A stretch of DNA of 64,000 nucleotides from Anaeromyxobacter sp. (GTDB taxonomy: Bacteria > Myxococcota > Myxococcia > Myxococcales > Anaeromyxobacteraceae), in NCBI GenBank assembly GCA_049840735.1, contig JASGJN010000022.1, forward strand, positions 128,001 to 192,000, written 5' to 3'. Positions 12,224 through 23,823 of the stretch are shown one piece after another. The stretch's first letter is position 1. Each line of letters opens with the position of its first letter. The notes beneath the pieces were generated by a model. The model was not told where the DNA came from, searched no databases, and saw nothing but the letters and a program-made list of their open reading frames with translations. Made by a program: the position numbers and the translations under genes.

Positions 12224-13366
12224 TCACCCCCTGGCCCGCTGCCACCAGCCCAGCTCCACCAGGCCGCCGTCGTACCCCCGCCAGGCCACCGGGCGATCGC
12301 CGGCAGCGGGGCAGGGGTGGCGGGCGATCCGCTGCCCCAGCGCGATCTGGTCGCCGCCGCACTCGGGGCAGTGGAACCGCTGCCGCAGGCTGGCCTCCTC
12401 GTCCGCGGAGATGGGGGCCTCGGGATTCCCCCTGCATCCTTCAGCGGGGTAGGGGCGTGCCTGGCCGGGGGGTGGATCGCCCACGGCGCGCAGCAGGCCG
12501 CGCGCCCGGTAGGCCTCCAGCTCGGCCAGCTGGGCGGCCTCGCCGCCCTTGTCGCGATCCTGATCGGCCCGGGACTGGGCCTGGCAGGCCGGGCAGGGCG
12601 GGAAGGCCAGGCTGCGCAGGCAGGCGATGGCCACGCCGTCGCCGTCCGGCTGCTCCCACGGCTCGGCCGCGTCGATCTCGACCGCCGGCACCCCGGCCGC
12701 CGTGAGCGCGGCCTCCTTCTCGGCGTCCACGGCGTGCGTGACCAGCACCTCGAAGGCCAGCGCCGGCGCGCCGCCCTTCATGATCAGGACGTCGGCCCGG
12801 AGGGCGCCTACCGCGCCCTCCGGCACGGCCCAGTCGCCTTCGCTGGCCAGGTCGCGCGGCGCCAGCCGCCGGCAGCGCGGGCAGCGCGAGAGCACGGTGA
12901 CCCGGCGCCGCCCCGCGAACGCGTCGGCGCAGAGCCCCAGCAGCCGCTCCTTGGCGTCGAGGTGGAGCGCGGTCTCCGGCGCGGTCAGCGGGCAGGAGGA
13001 GCCGGCGCGGTGGGCGAAGTGGCGGGCGCGGACCTCGCCCAGGTGCGGGATCAGCTCCTCGCCGCAGCCGAGGCAGGTGAAGGGGGCGCGGGCCCGGCGG
13101 TCGAGCGGGCCGAGGCGTTTGGCGTGGACCTTCTGGCCGTCCTTGTCGAGCGCCCAGGCCAGCTGGACGTCGCCCTGGAGGGCGCGGGGCGCTCGCGGGC
13201 CGTGCTCGTCCTTCGACTCGGCGCCGGCTGCCCGCGGAGCGGCGCCGGTCGGCCCCTGGCCTTCGACTTCGGGCCGCTGCGCGGCCCTACGCTCAGGCCG
13301 AACGGGGCTGGGACGCTGCTTGGATGGTGTTCCGGGGTGCTTCACCGGTGTGCGGCGGCGGCGCAT
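12224..13366 (-). CDS. CoiA-like zinc-finger/PD-(D/E)XK nuclease-family protein (start uncertain)
   Basis: FTCLGCGEELI..RHFAH, ETALHLDAKE, RADVL..AFEVLVTH, plus extra CxxC pairs. Confidence 0.7.
   Translation of the reverse strand: MRRRRTPVKHPGTPSKQRPSPVRPERRAAQRPEVEGQGPTGAAPRAAGAESKDEHGPRAPRALQGDVQLAWALDKDGQKVHAKRLGPLDRRARAPFTCLGCGEELIPHLGEVRARHFAHRAGSSCPLTAPETALHLDAKERLLGLCADAFAGRRRVTVLSRCPRCRRLAPRDLASEGDWAVPEGAVGALRADVLIMKGGAPALAFEVLVTHAVDAEKEAALTAAGVPAVEIDAAEPWEQPDGDGVAIACLRSLAFPPCPACQAQSRADQDRDKGGEAAQLAELEAYRARGLLRAVGDPPPGQARPYPAEGCRGNPEAPISADEEASLRQRFHCPECGGDQIALGQRIARHPCPAAGDRPVAWRGYDGGLVELGWWQRARG
13258..13305 (-). repeat. Dispersed structured repeat (long form)
   Basis: Reverse complement is CCGTTCGGCCTGAGCGTAGGGCCGC-GCA-GCGGCCCGAAGTCGAAGGCC. 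Confidence 0.8.
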
Positions 13367-13511
13367 CGGCGGGCAGTCTACCCGAGGCGGCCTGCATCCC
13401 CGCCCGGGGTCCTGCGGAGCGCCGCCGGGCCGGGTAGGTCAGGGGCTCACCCTGGATGGACAGCGACGCCCCGCAGGCCAGCGGCCGCGGGCGCGCGAGG
13501 AGGAGGCAGCC

Positions 13512-13967
13512 ATGGCGCTCGAGGTGGGCAAGAAGGCCCCGGACTTCACGCTCCTGGACGAGAACGAGGAGAAGGTGAAGCTCTCGCACTTCAAGGGGAA
13601 GCGGGTGGTGGTCTTCTTCTATCCGAAGGCCAACACGCCGGGCTGCACGCAGGAGTCCTGCGACTTCCGCGACGAGGTGGACGCGTTCAAGAAGCAGGAC
13701 GTCGTGGTGCTGGGCATCTCCAAGGACTCGCCGGCCGCGCAGCGCAAGTTCAAGGAGAAGTACGAGCTGCCGTTCCCGCTCCTCTCCGACGAGGGCCTGG
13801 AGGTGCACAAGGCCTGGGGCGTGTGGGGCAAGAAGAACATGTACGGCAAGATGGTGGAGGGGACCATCCGGACCACGGTGCTCATCGGCGCCGACGGCAA
13901 GGTGGAGAAGATCTTCCCCAAGGTGAAGGTGGACGGGCACGTGGCGGACGTGCTCGAGAGCCTGTAG
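13512..13967 (+). CDS. bcp: Peroxiredoxin Bcp
   Basis: FFYPKANTPGCTQESCDFRD motif and GGAGG RBS before ATG 13512. Confidence 0.93.
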   Translation: MALEVGKKAPDFTLLDENEEKVKLSHFKGKRVVVFFYPKANTPGCTQESCDFRDEVDAFKKQDVVVLGISKDSPAAQRKFKEKYELPFPLLSDEGLEVHKAWGVWGKKNMYGKMVEGTIRTTVLIGADGKVEKIFPKVKVDGHVADVLESL

Positions 13968-14013
13968 GCTCGCGCCGCCTCGCCCTGGCCTTTCCGCGGG
14001 GAGGCCCCTGACA

Positions 14014-15828
14014 ATGCCCAAGCGTCCCCCGCGTCGTCCCTCCTCGCCGTCTGCTTCTTCCCGCCCGCGCGCCGCGGGACCGTCGCGTCCCGCCGGCCGC
14101 CCTGCGGCCCGCCCGGCGTCCGCGTCCGCCGCGCCGCGGCCGGAGCGGCCGCAGCGCCAGCCGCACACCGGCAAGCCGCGCCCGGTCCCGGCCGCAACGC
14201 CGGGCGCGCGGCCGCGCACGCGGACCTCGGAGGACTACGAGCGCGAGCAGGCGGCGCGGCCGTCGCGCGAGCGGCCCTGGCCGGACGTCCGCGAGGAGCG
14301 CGGCGGGCGGGAGCGGCCGGAGGGGCGCCGGCCCCGCGCCGGCGGCGAGCGGGCCGGCGGCGAGCGGCGCGAGCGCGGCGCGGGTGAGCGCAGCGGCCGC
14401 GGTCCGGGCGAGCGCTGGGAGCGGGCGGCGGGGCAGCGGGATCGCCGCCCAGAGCGCCGGCCGCAGCGGGCCCGGGGCGGCACGCCCGGCAACCGCCCGC
14501 CGCGCGAGGACGTGGTCGACGCGGTGGTGCTGGAGGTCTACGGCCTGGTCCACGACCAGGGCTGGCTGGCCGACCGCGCGCTGGAGCGGGTGCTGCGGCG
14601 CGAGCGGAAGATGTGGTCCAGCGAGCGGCGGCTGGCGGCCGAGGCGGTCTACGGCCTGCTGCGCGCGCAGGGGCAGCTGGACTTCCTGCTGGGCGGCGCC
14701 GCGCCCGGCGAGGCCGCGCGCGGGCCGGGCGAGGCCGGCCGCGGGGTCGAGCTGGGGATGCGCTACGCCGGCTGGCTGGTCCGCTCCGGCGGCGCGACCG
14801 CGGAGGACGCGGCCCGGCGGCTGGTGGTGCCGGCCGCGCCGCTGCGCGGGCTGGCCGGCGCCGAGACGCGCATCGCCGCGGTGAAGGATCCGGTGGCGCG
14901 GCTGGCGGTGGAGGGCTCCATCCCGCGCTGGATCGCCGAGCGGTTCGTGGCCGAGCTGGGCCAGGAGGAGGCGCGGCAGCTGGTGGGCGTGCTCAACGCG
15001 CGCGCGCCGCTCACGGTCCGGGCCAACGCGCTCCTGGGCGACCGCGAGGCGCTGCGGGCCAGGCTGCAGGAGGAGGGCGTGGGGGCCGAGCCCACCCCGC
15101 TCTCGCCCTGGGGGCTGACGCTGGACGGCCACCAGAACGCCTTTGCGCTGAAGTCCTTCCAGGAGGGCTGGTTCGAGATCCAGGACGAGGGCAGCCAGCT
15201 CATCGCGCTGGCGGCCGGCGCGCGGCCGAACAAGGTGGTGGTGGACGCCTGCGCCGGCGCGGGCGGCAAGTCGCTGGCCCTGGCCGCGGAGATGCATAAC
15301 AAGGGGACGCTCTGGGCGCTCGACTCCGACGCCGGGCGGCTCTCCGAGGCGCGCCGCCGCTCGGCCCGCGCCCACGTCGACAACCTGCGCACCCGCCCCA
15401 TCCCCGCCGGCGCCGAGGCGGCCGACGCCATCGCCGACCTGGCCGGCCAGGCCGCGGTGGTGCTGGTGGACGCGCCCTGCAGCGGCCTGGGCACGCTGCG
15501 CCGCAAGCCGGACGCGCGCTGGCGGCTCAAGCCGGAGGACCCGCAGCGCTTCGCGGCGCTGCAGCGCGAGCTCCTGGCCCGCTTCGCGAAGCTGCTCGCG
15601 CCCGGCGGCCGGCTGGTCTACGCCACCTGCGCCATGGGCCGGACCGAGAACGGCGACGTGGCCGACTGGGCGGTGAAGGAGCTGGGCCTCGCGGCCGCGC
15701 CGCTCGCCGCCACGCTGGGCGCGGCGCGCGCCGCGGCGGCGGGGGCGGCGGAGAACCAGCTGGAGCTGTTCCCGCACCGGCACGGCACGGACGGCTTCTT
15801 CATGGCCGCCTTCACCAGGCCGAGGTAG
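14014..15828 (+). CDS. RsmB/NOP2-family RNA m5C methyltransferase with Arg-rich N-terminus
   Basis: EIQDEGSQL, VDACAGAGGKS, VLVDAPCSGLG, LVYATC and TDGFF motifs. Confidence 0.9.
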   Translation: MPKRPPRRPSSPSASSRPRAAGPSRPAGRPAARPASASAAPRPERPQRQPHTGKPRPVPAATPGARPRTRTSEDYEREQAARPSRERPWPDVREERGGRERPEGRRPRAGGERAGGERRERGAGERSGRGPGERWERAAGQRDRRPERRPQRARGGTPGNRPPREDVVDAVVLEVYGLVHDQGWLADRALERVLRRERKMWSSERRLAAEAVYGLLRAQGQLDFLLGGAAPGEAARGPGEAGRGVELGMRYAGWLVRSGGATAEDAARRLVVPAAPLRGLAGAETRIAAVKDPVARLAVEGSIPRWIAERFVAELGQEEARQLVGVLNARAPLTVRANALLGDREALRARLQEEGVGAEPTPLSPWGLTLDGHQNAFALKSFQEGWFEIQDEGSQLIALAAGARPNKVVVDACAGAGGKSLALAAEMHNKGTLWALDSDAGRLSEARRRSARAHVDNLRTRPIPAGAEAADAIADLAGQAAVVLVDAPCSGLGTLRRKPDARWRLKPEDPQRFAALQRELLARFAKLLAPGGRLVYATCAMGRTENGDVADWAVKELGLAAAPLAATLGAARAAAAGAAENQLELFPHRHGTDGFFMAAFTRPR

Positions 15829-15832
15829 CGCC

Positions 15833-16667
15833 GTGCCGGAGCTGCCGGAGGTCGAGTACGCCGCGCGCTGCCTGCGCCGCTGGACGGCGGGGCGCTGGAT
15901 CGAGGGGGTCGAGGTCGATCCGCGCGGCAAGCGGATCCTGCGCCCGGTCACGGCGCGCGCCTTCGCGGCCGAGCTGGTGGGGGCGCGCTTCGAGGCCATC
16001 CGCCGGGTGGGCAAGAACCTGCTCATCCAGCTGCAGCGCCCCAGCGGCCGGCCCACGGGCCTGTTCGCGCACCTGGGCATGACCGGCAAGTGGCTGCGCA
16101 CGGCGGCCGGCGAGCCGCCGCCGCGCCACGCCCGCGCCAGCTTCGCGCTCGACGACGGCAGCGCGCTGCACTTCAACGACCCGCGCCTCTTCGGCCGGCT
16201 CTGCCCGGTGCCGGGCGCCCGCTTCGAGGCGCTGCCGGCGCTGCAGGGGCTGGGGCCGGATCCGCTCGAGGACGGCATCGACCCGGCGCGGCTGCAGGCC
16301 GGCCTCGCGCGCACGAAGCTGCCGGTCAAGGTGAAGCTGCTCGACCAGCGGCTCCTGGCCGGCGTGGGGAACATCCACGCCAGCGAGGCCTGCCACCGCG
16401 CCCGCATCGACCCGCGCCGGGCCGCCCGCACGCTCACGCTGCCGGAGGTGAAGCGGCTCTCGGGGGCCATCCTGGCCTCGTTCCGGATGACGCTCCAGGC
16501 CGAGGACGGCCCGGGAGATCGTCTACGTCGAGGAGGGCGGCGAGAACCCGTTCCTGGTCTACGCGCGCGAGGGCGAGCGCTGCCCGCGCTGCCGCGCACG
16601 CGGGAAGATCGAGCGGCTGGTGCAGGCGCAGCGCTCCACGTTCTTCTGCCGGCAGTGCCAGCGGTGA
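15833..16667 (+). CDS. mutM: Formamidopyrimidine-DNA glycosylase (frameshift near 16515, likely assembly error)
   Basis: MPELPEVE, HLGMTG, DPRLFG and GVGNIHASE. The zinc finger CPRC..STFFCRQCQ lies in the shifted frame. Confidence 0.9.
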
Positions 16668-16711
16668 CCTTCTTCCCGCCGTGCGGGCCGGTCGTCTAGA
16701 CTCGTCTGCCG

Positions 16712-17599
16712 ATGCACCCCGAGGACCTCCCCGCCCTGTCCATCGCCGAGCTGCGCCAGCGGCTGGTGGAGCGCGGCGAGGCGCTCTCCGAGGCCTGCGA
16801 GGCGGCGCTGGAGGCCGACCCGCGGGCGGGCGCGCGGCAGGTGCTCGCCCAGGTGCGCCGGCGTCGCAAGGAGAACCGGGCCGAGGGGCAGCGGCTGCGC
16901 CACCTGCTGCGCTACGAGACCGAGCTGTGGGCGCAGGGCGTGGTCCACATCGCCGGCGTGGACGAGGCCGGCATGGCGCCGCTGGCCGGGCCGGTGGTGG
17001 CCGGGGCGTGCATCCTGCCGCCGGACTACCGGCCGCGCGGGATCGACGACTCGAAGCAGCTCGACCGCGCCGAGCGCGAGCGGCTGGCCGAGGACATCAA
17101 GCGGAACGCCGTCTGCTGGGCCACCGCGCGGGCGGAGGTGGCGGAGATCGACCACCTCAACATCTACCACGCCGGCCTGCTGGCCCTGCGCCGCGCCGTG
17201 CAGGCCCTCGACCGCGCGCCGGGCCACCTGCTCATCGACGCGCGCAAGCTGCCCGAGCTGCGCATCCCGCAGACGCCCATCATCCACGGCGACGCGCTCT
17301 CGCTCACCATCGCGGCCGCGTCGATCCTGGCCAAGACCACCCGCGACGCGCTGATGGCCGAGCTGGACCAGGCGCACCCGGGCTACGGCTTCGCGCGCCA
17401 CAAGGGCTACCCCACCGCCGAGCACTTCGACGCGCTCCGCCGGCTGGGCGCCTGCCCGGTCCACCGCCAATCGTTCCAGCCGGTGCGCGAGGCGCTGGGG
17501 CTCTCGCCGGTGCAGCGCGACCTGTTCGCGGCGGAGGCGCCGGCGGCGGCTACCGGCGCGGGTGAGGGGCCGCCTCGGGACGACCGTTCCGAGGGCTGA
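16712..17599 (+). CDS. rnhB: Ribonuclease HII
   Basis: [31 protein letters not shown] and HKGYPT motifs. Confidence 0.95.
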   Translation: MHPEDLPALSIAELRQRLVERGEALSEACEAALEADPRAGARQVLAQVRRRRKENRAEGQRLRHLLRYETELWAQGVVHIAGVDEAGMAPLAGPVVAGACILPPDYRPRGIDDSKQLDRAERERLAEDIKRNAVCWATARAEVAEIDHLNIYHAGLLALRRAVQALDRAPGHLLIDARKLPELRIPQTPIIHGDALSLTIAAASILAKTTRDALMAELDQAHPGYGFARHKGYPTAEHFDALRRLGACPVHRQSFQPVREALGLSPVQRDLFAAEAPAAATGAGEGPPRDDRSEG

Positions 17600-17759
17600 A
17601 GCGGCTCCGCCCGGGTCGCGGCGACCCGGGCCCCACCCTCGACATTTGACCCGGGCGCCAGCAATCGCTACAACCGCCCCCGAGGACGAGCCCGACGGTG
17701 AAGGTGCGTCCCCTCGCCTGGAATCCTTCCGGCCAGGGCGCCCCCCGATCCGGCAACCA

Positions 17760-19442
17760 ATGACAGAGAGAGCCCCGAACCTCGACCGCGCGCTGCAGTA
17801 CGACGACGAACATGATGACGAGGGGCCCCGGCGTCCGCCGCCTGGCCTGGCCCTGGATCCCCCGGAGGATCCGCCCCTCTCCCACCCGCCCGAGATCCCG
17901 GTGGAGCGCCTCGACCCCGAGGCGCTGAAGGTCATCGCCCGGCTGCGCCACATGCACCACCGCGCCTACTTCGTGGGCGGGTGCGTGCGCGACCTGCTGC
18001 TCGGCCACAAGCCCAAGGACTTCGACGTGGCCACCGACGCCCACCCGGGCGAGGTGCGCGCCATCTTCCGGAACTGCCGCCTCATCGGCCGGCGCTTCCG
18101 GCTGGCCCACGTCTACTTCCGCGGCGGCAAGATCATCGAGGTCGCCACCTTCCGGAAGAACCCCACCGAGGTGGCCGAGGACACCGGCGCCGACGACGCC
18201 GACCTGCTCATCACGCGGGACAACGTCTTCGGCACCGCCGAGGAGGACGCCGTCCGCCGCGACTTCACGGTGAACGGCCTCTTCTACGACGTGGCCACCG
18301 GCGAGGTGATCGACTACGTCGGCGGCCGCGCCGACCTCGAGGCGCACCGGATCGCCACCATCGGCGACCCGGAGATCCGCATGCGCGAGGATCCGGTCCG
18401 GATCATGCGCGCGGTCCGCTTCGCGGCCCGGCTCGGCTTCACCATCGCGCCGGACACCTTCGAGGCCACGCGCCGCTCCGCGCCGGAGCTGGCGCGCTGC
18501 GCGCCGGCCCGCGTGCTGGAGGAGATCTTCAAGCTGCTCCGCTGCGGCGGCTCCTCGCGCGCCTTCCAGCTGCTGCGCGCCTGCGGGGCGCTGCCGGTCA
18601 TCCTGCCGGCGCTGGGCGCCGCGCTGGAGGGCTGGGACGAGGCCGGCCGCAAGGGCTTCTTCGCCCACCTGGCGGCGCTCGACCGGCTGGTCCGCTCCGG
18701 CGCCGAGGTCTCCGACGCGGTGCTGCTGGGCGCGCTGGTGATGCACATGGGCACCGAGCGGCCGGAGGTGGCGGTCGAGGGCCGCCCGCACCACCGCGGC
18801 GACTCCGGCGCCGAGACCTTCCTCGACACCCTGGTCTCCTCCTCGCGCCTGCCGCGCAAGGTGGCCGAGCGGGTCCGGCTGGCGCTGCACGCCCAGCGGA
18901 CGCTGAAGGAGCCGGCTCGCAAGCGCCGCGGCCGCGGTCGCGGGCCGGGCGGGCAGTCCTACTTCGTCGATGCGCTCCAGCTGCTGGAGCTCTCGGTCGA
19001 GGCTACCGGGCAGGGCCGGGAGGCGCTGGCGCGCTGGTCCGCGCAGCCGCAGGCCCGCGCCGAGGGCGATCGCGAGGAGCGGCGGGCGCGCCGGCGCGCG
19101 CCGGCCAAGGAGAGCGAGCGCGAGCGCGGGGCCGAGGCGGACGTGCTGGACGAGGCGTCCGAGGTGTCGGTGGCCGAGATCCCCGCGGAGTCCGCGGACC
19201 TGGCCGGCGAGGTCGAGGTCGGGGACGAGGACGACGCCGAGACCGAGGCCGAGGCCGAGGTGGCCGCCTCCGGGCCGGGTGGGAGCCGGGCCGACGGGGC
19301 CGCCGAGGCGGGGGACGCGCCGGGCAACCGCCGCCGGCGTCGCCGCCGCGGGGGACGCCGCCGCCGCCGCAGGGGGGCGGGCGCACCCGGGGGGGATGGC
19401 GCTGCCCCGGCCGTCGCCGGTGACAAGGGATCGCAGGCCTAA
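17760..19442 (+). CDS. pcnB: Poly(A) polymerase I
   Basis: [22 protein letters not shown] signature [18 protein letters not shown] and EDPVRIMRA. Confidence 0.88.
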   Translation: MTERAPNLDRALQYDDEHDDEGPRRPPPGLALDPPEDPPLSHPPEIPVERLDPEALKVIARLRHMHHRAYFVGGCVRDLLLGHKPKDFDVATDAHPGEVRAIFRNCRLIGRRFRLAHVYFRGGKIIEVATFRKNPTEVAEDTGADDADLLITRDNVFGTAEEDAVRRDFTVNGLFYDVATGEVIDYVGGRADLEAHRIATIGDPEIRMREDPVRIMRAVRFAARLGFTIAPDTFEATRRSAPELARCAPARVLEEIFKLLRCGGSSRAFQLLRACGALPVILPALGAALEGWDEAGRKGFFAHLAALDRLVRSGAEVSDAVLLGALVMHMGTERPEVAVEGRPHHRGDSGAETFLDTLVSSSRLPRKVAERVRLALHAQRTLKEPARKRRGRGRGPGGQSYFVDALQLLELSVEATGQGREALARWSAQPQARAEGDREERRARRRAPAKESERERGAEADVLDEASEVSVAEIPAESADLAGEVEVGDEDDAETEAEAEVAASGPGGSRADGAAEAGDAPGNRRRRRRRGGRRRRRRGAGAPGGDGAAPAVAGDKGSQA

Positions 19443-19500
19443 ATCCCCGCGAAAACCGCGCCTTGACCGACCTCGCGCCGCCCGGTACAAACCGCGGACC

Positions 19501-20277
19501 ATGAGCGAGAAAGCGTCCAGCCCTGAGCGCGCCGCCGGCGGCGCGCCTTCGAAGTCGCGCTACAAGCGGATCCTCCTCAAGCTGTCGGGCGAGGCGCTGA
19601 TGGGCGACGGGAAGTACGGGATCTCGCCCAAGATCCTCTCCAACATCGCCCAGGACGTGAAGGACGTGGTCGACCTGGGCGTCGAGGTCGCGCTCACCAT
19701 CGGCGGCGGCAACATCTTCCGCGGCGTCTCCGGCGCCACCGAGGGGATGGACCGCTCCTCCGCCGACTACATGGGCATGCTGGCCACGGTCATCAACTCG
19801 ATGGCGCTGCAGGACGCGCTCGAGAAGATCGGCGTGCCGACGCGGGTCCAGTCCGCCATCGAGATGCACCAGGTGGCCGAGCCGTACATCCGCCGCCGCG
19901 CCATCCGCCACCTGGAGAAGGGGCGGGTGGTGATCTTCGCCGCCGGCACCGGCAACCCGTACTTCACCACCGACACCGCCGCCTCGCTCCGCGCCATGGA
20001 GATCCACGCGGACGTGCTGCTCAAGGCGACCAAGGTGGACGGCGTCTACACCGACGACCCGAAGAAGAACCCGGCCGCCACGAAGTTCAAGGAGCTGAGC
20101 TACATCGACGTCCTCAAGAAGAACCTGAAGGTGATGGACTCCACCGCCATCAGCCTCTGCATGGACAACGAGCTCCCCATCATCGTGTTCGACTCCACCC
20201 AGCGCGGGAACGTGCGCCGGGTGGTGCTGGGCGAGGAGATCGGGACCACGGTCGGGGGCAGCCCCCGCACCGCGTAG
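19501..20277 (+). CDS. pyrH: Uridylate kinase
   Basis: [27 protein letters not shown] and GNPYFTTDT motifs. Confidence 0.97.
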   Translation: MSEKASSPERAAGGAPSKSRYKRILLKLSGEALMGDGKYGISPKILSNIAQDVKDVVDLGVEVALTIGGGNIFRGVSGATEGMDRSSADYMGMLATVINSMALQDALEKIGVPTRVQSAIEMHQVAEPYIRRRAIRHLEKGRVVIFAAGTGNPYFTTDTAASLRAMEIHADVLLKATKVDGVYTDDPKKNPAATKFKELSYIDVLKKNLKVMDSTAISLCMDNELPIIVFDSTQRGNVRRVVLGEEIGTTVGGSPRTA

Positions 20278-20288
20278 GGAGAAAAGCC

Positions 20289-20851
20289 ATGGGCGTCGCC
20301 GAAGACATCCTCAAGGACCTGCACGACCGCATCAACAGGACCCTGGACCAGCTCCGCCATGACCTCTCGGCGGTGCGGACCGGGCGCGCGTCGCTCCACC
20401 TGCTCGACAACGTCAAGGTGGACTACTACGGCACGCCCACCCCGCTGAACCAGGTGGCCACCCTCTCCGTCCCCGAGGCCCGCCTGATCGTGGTGAAGCC
20501 CTGGGAGAAGAACCTGATCCCGCCGATCGAGAAGGCCATCCGGGACGCCAACCTGGGCGTGAACCCCATGTCCGACAAGGACCTGGTGCGCGTGCCGATC
20601 CCCCGCTCACCGAGGAGCGGCGCAAGGAGATCGTGAAGCAGGTGAAGCACAAGGGCGAGGAGCACAAGATCGCCATCCGCAACGAGCGCCGCGACGCCAA
20701 GGAGCTGATCGAGGCCTCGGAGAAGGACGGCGAGATCGCCGCCGACGAGGCCAAGAAGGCGCTCGAGAAGATGCAGAAGGAGACGGACGACGGCGTGAAG
20801 AAGGTGGACGAGATCATCGCCGCCAAGGAGAAGGACGTGATGCAGGTGTGA
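20289..20851 (+). CDS. frr: Ribosome recycling factor (frameshift in C-run near 20603, likely assembly error)
   Basis: VRTGRAS..VDYYGTPTPLNQVA, then LTEERRKEIVK..AIRNERRD in the shifted frame. Downstream of pyrH. Confidence 0.93.
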
Positions 20852-20871
20852 TCGCGGCGGCGCCGCGATCA
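20849..20871 (+). terminator. Hairpin at the frr stop
   Basis: TGATCGCGGC-GGC-GCCGCGATCA perfect stem, no U-tract. Confidence 0.35.
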
Positions 20872-20900
20872 GGGCCTCGGGCGCCGGCCTCAGGCCTCGG

Positions 20901-21113
20901 GTGCCTGGCCTGGGGTACCGCTGGTTGAGCCACCTCCTCCTGTATGGCCCGCTGCTCGCGCTCGGCTTCGCCGCCGGCGCGCTCCGGGTCCTCGCCCGCC
21001 GCCCCGGCCTCGCGCCGCGGCGGCGGCGCTCGCTTCAGGCGGCCTGGGTGCTGCTCTTGCTGGCGGGCGTGCCGCTCTGGCTGGTGCTGGCGGCGGTGCT
21101 GCGGGTGGGGTGA
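20901..21113 (+). CDS. Small two-helix membrane protein
   Basis: Two hydrophobic segments separated by an Arg-rich loop. Confidence 0.5.
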   Translation: MPGLGYRWLSHLLLYGPLLALGFAAGALRVLARRPGLAPRRRRSLQAAWVLLLLAGVPLWLVLAAVLRVG

Positions 21114-21132
21114 GCTGGGCTGGGCTCGCCCG

Positions 21133-23634
21133 CTAGCGGCCGCCGCCGGTGCGCGCCAGCGCGGCGCGCGCGGCCTTCACGATGGGCAGCCCGGGATCGG
21201 CGCCGGCCAGCTCGGCCTGGAGCCGCGCCAGCTCCTCGCGCGCCTCGGAGGTGAACCCCTGCCACTCCAGCGCCGCCGCCAGCAGCAGCCGCGCGCGCGG
21301 ACGGGGGAGCGCGAAGCCGTCGTGCAGGTCCAGGAAGCGGTGCAGCGCGGCCGCGGCCAGCGCGGGGTCGCCCTGATCGGCGTGCAGCTGGCCAAGCAGG
21401 AAGTCGGCCAGCGGCTCGGCGTGCTGGGCGCGCACCCGCTGCAACGCCTGGACCGCGCCAGGCGCGTCGCCGCGCTTCCACTGCAGCACGGCGTCGCAGA
21501 GCAGCCGCTCGCGGCCGGCGGTCCCGCGGCAGGCCTGGACGGCCTGGGCGTAGCCGGCAGCGGAGGCCACCAGGGCCGGCTGCGGACCGGCCGGCCAGCG
21601 CGCGCCGGCCTGGGCCGCGCGGAGCCAGGCCTCCGCGGCGCCGGCGTCGTCGCCGGAGGCGTAGCGCGCGGCCCCCTCCAGCGCGAGCGGCAGCCCGGCC
21701 GCCGCCAGCGTCCCGGTCAGCGTCCCGGAGAGGCGCCGCAGCTCCGCGGCCCGGCCGCGCGCCGCCAGCCCGCGCGCCAGCTCCCACTGCGCCCGCTGCC
21801 GGGTGGCCGGCTCCTGCTCCTCCGCCGTCCAGCGGCGCAACACGCGCTCCGCCTCGGCGGCGGCGCCGCCGTCCTGCAGCACCGAGGCGAGCCGCCAGGA
21901 GACCTGGAGCGAGAGCGTGCTCTCCCCGGCGGCGGCGCGGCGGGCCTGCTGCATCGCCTCCTCGGCGTCGCCGCGCATGGCGTGGGCCAGGGCCAGGTAG
22001 ACCTGGCTGGCCGGCGTGGGGCGCAGGGCCACCGCATCCTGGGCCCGCCGCACCAGCTCGTCGGCGCGCCCCCACACGCCCAGCGCGTGCCAGGCCTGGA
22101 AGCGGCGGTCCAGGGCCGGGAGGTGGCCGGGGTCGAGCTCCAGCGTCTGGCGGTAGCTCTCGGCCGCGCCCCACAGGTCGCCGCGCTCGGCCGCCGCCTC
22201 GCCGGCCAGGAAGGTGATCTCCCGGTCGTCGGGGTAGGCGGCCACCAGCGCGTCGAAGCGGCGGCGGTCCTCCTCCGCGGCCGCCTGCTGCGCCCGCGGG
22301 GTGGTGGCCTGGCGGGCGTCGGCCGCCCGGGCCCGGAGCGCCGCCAGGAGCCGCTGCTCGCGCTCGGGCAGCGCCGCGGCCCAGGCCGGCAGGTCCTCGG
22401 CGGCGATCGCCTCCGGCGCGTCGCCCAGCAGCGTCAGCTGGAACCGGACCGCGGCCGAGCCGGGGTCGAAGGTGAGCGCCTGGCGCAGCAGCCGGCGCGC
22501 CTGGGGGACGTCGTGACCTTCCGTGAACGCGGCGCGGGCGCGCTGGGTGAGGGAGAAGGCGCTGGCGCGGGCCCGAGGCTCGACCGGGCCGGCGGCCGGT
22601 GAGGCGGGGCCGGGGGCGGGGGGCGCGGCGCGGCGGGACCAGAGCGCGGCGCCGCCGGCCAGCGCGAGCAGGAGGACCAGCGCGGCGGCCGCGGCCCCGG
22701 CGCGGCGCGCGGGCCGGCGGGGAGCGGGGCGGGGCAGCGCCAGCAGCGCCTGGAGCACCGCGGCGCCGTCGCGTGGGCGCCGCTCCGGCTCCGCCGCGCG
22801 CATCCGGAGCGCCAGCGCCCCCAGCGCGGGCGGGCCGGGCAGGGGCGGCTCCGGGCGCGCCTGGGCGGGCGCGGGGGGCGCGCCGGCGACGGTGGAGGCC
22901 TGGCCGGGCAGCGCGCCGCTGAGCATGCGGTGGAGCATGACCCCCAGCGCGTAGACGTCCGAGCGCTCGTCCTCCGGCTCGCCGCGCTGCTGCTCCGGCG
23001 CCATGTAGGCGGGCGTGCCGCCCACGGCCCGGTGGCGGCCCAGCGCCAGCGCCAGGCCGAAGTCCACCACCTTCACCTGGCCGTCGTCGCAGAGGAACAC
23101 GTTCTCCGGCTTGAGGTCGCGGTGGATGACGCCGTGCCCGTGGGCGTGGGCCACGCCCCGGGCCACCTCGGTGGCGACGCGGAGCGCCTCGAGCGGCGGC
23201 AGCGGCCCGTCCGCGGCGAGCCGCGCCGCCAGCGACCGGCCGCGCAGCAGCTCCATCACGAGGTAGGGGCCCTTCTCGCAGCGCCCGGCGTCGAAGAGCG
23301 TGACGAGGTTGGGGTGCGAGAGCTGCGCGGCCGCCTCGGCCTCCCGGACCAGCCGCTCCTCCTGCACCTCCGGCCGGCCCCCGGCGCGAACCGACTTGAA
23401 GGCCACCGACCGGGAGAGCTCGCGGTCGCGCGCCTCGAAGACCACGCCGAAGCCGCCGCGGCCGATCTCGCGCACCAGCTCGAAGCGCTCCGCGACCACG
23501 TCGCCGGCGCGCAGGCCGCCGGCCCAGTCGCCCTCGAGCGCCTCCTCGGGCAGGAAGGCGAGCTCGGACAGGAGCCGCGTCAGGGCTCCCCGCGCGACGC
23601 CTTCGCGCGTCCGCTCGACCGGCTCACCGCCCAA
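21133..23634 (-). CDS. Hanks-type Ser/Thr kinase with TM segment and TPR-like C-terminus
   Basis: [35 protein letters not shown] and SDVYALG; TM segment; helical repeats. Confidence 0.9.
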   Translation of the reverse strand: MGGEPVERTREGVARGALTRLLSELAFLPEEALEGDWAGGLRAGDVVAERFELVREIGRGGFGVVFEARDRELSRSVAFKSVRAGGRPEVQEERLVREAEAAAQLSHPNLVTLFDAGRCEKGPYLVMELLRGRSLAARLAADGPLPPLEALRVATEVARGVAHAHGHGVIHRDLKPENVFLCDDGQVKVVDFGLALALGRHRAVGGTPAYMAPEQQRGEPEDERSDVYALGVMLHRMLSGALPGQASTVAGAPPAPAQARPEPPLPGPPALGALALRMRAAEPERRPRDGAAVLQALLALPRPAPRRPARRAGAAAAALVLLLALAGGAALWSRRAAPPAPGPASPAAGPVEPRARASAFSLTQRARAAFTEGHDVPQARRLLRQALTFDPGSAAVRFQLTLLGDAPEAIAAEDLPAWAAALPEREQRLLAALRARAADARQATTPRAQQAAAEEDRRRFDALVAAYPDDREITFLAGEAAAERGDLWGAAESYRQTLELDPGHLPALDRRFQAWHALGVWGRADELVRRAQDAVALRPTPASQVYLALAHAMRGDAEEAMQQARRAAAGESTLSLQVSWRLASVLQDGGAAAEAERVLRRWTAEEQEPATRQRAQWELARGLAARGRAAELRRLSGTLTGTLAAAGLPLALEGAARYASGDDAGAAEAWLRAAQAGARWPAGPQPALVASAAGYAQAVQACRGTAGRERLLCDAVLQWKRGDAPGAVQALQRVRAQHAEPLADFLLGQLHADQGDPALAAAALHRFLDLHDGFALPRPRARLLLAAALEWQGFTSEAREELARLQAELAGADPGLPIVKAARAALARTGGGR

Positions 23635-23823
23635 TGCGACCTCCGTCCGGGCAGCTTAGACGGGCGGAGCGGATTGGCAAGCGGGCGGGGGCGCGGTGGG
23701 TGCGGGCCGTGGTGGGAGGCGGTGCGTGCGGGAGGTGGGGGCGGTGGGGGGTGGGGCGGCCGCGGTGCACGGGGAGGCGCGCAGCAGCGGGCGGCGGGTT
23801 CGCCGGACGGTGTAAGGTGGGGC

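Noticed and set aside
20595..20610. Programmed frameshifting in frr
   Set aside because: The shift lies in a C homopolymer, the window has many similar indels, and I know of no recoding in frr.
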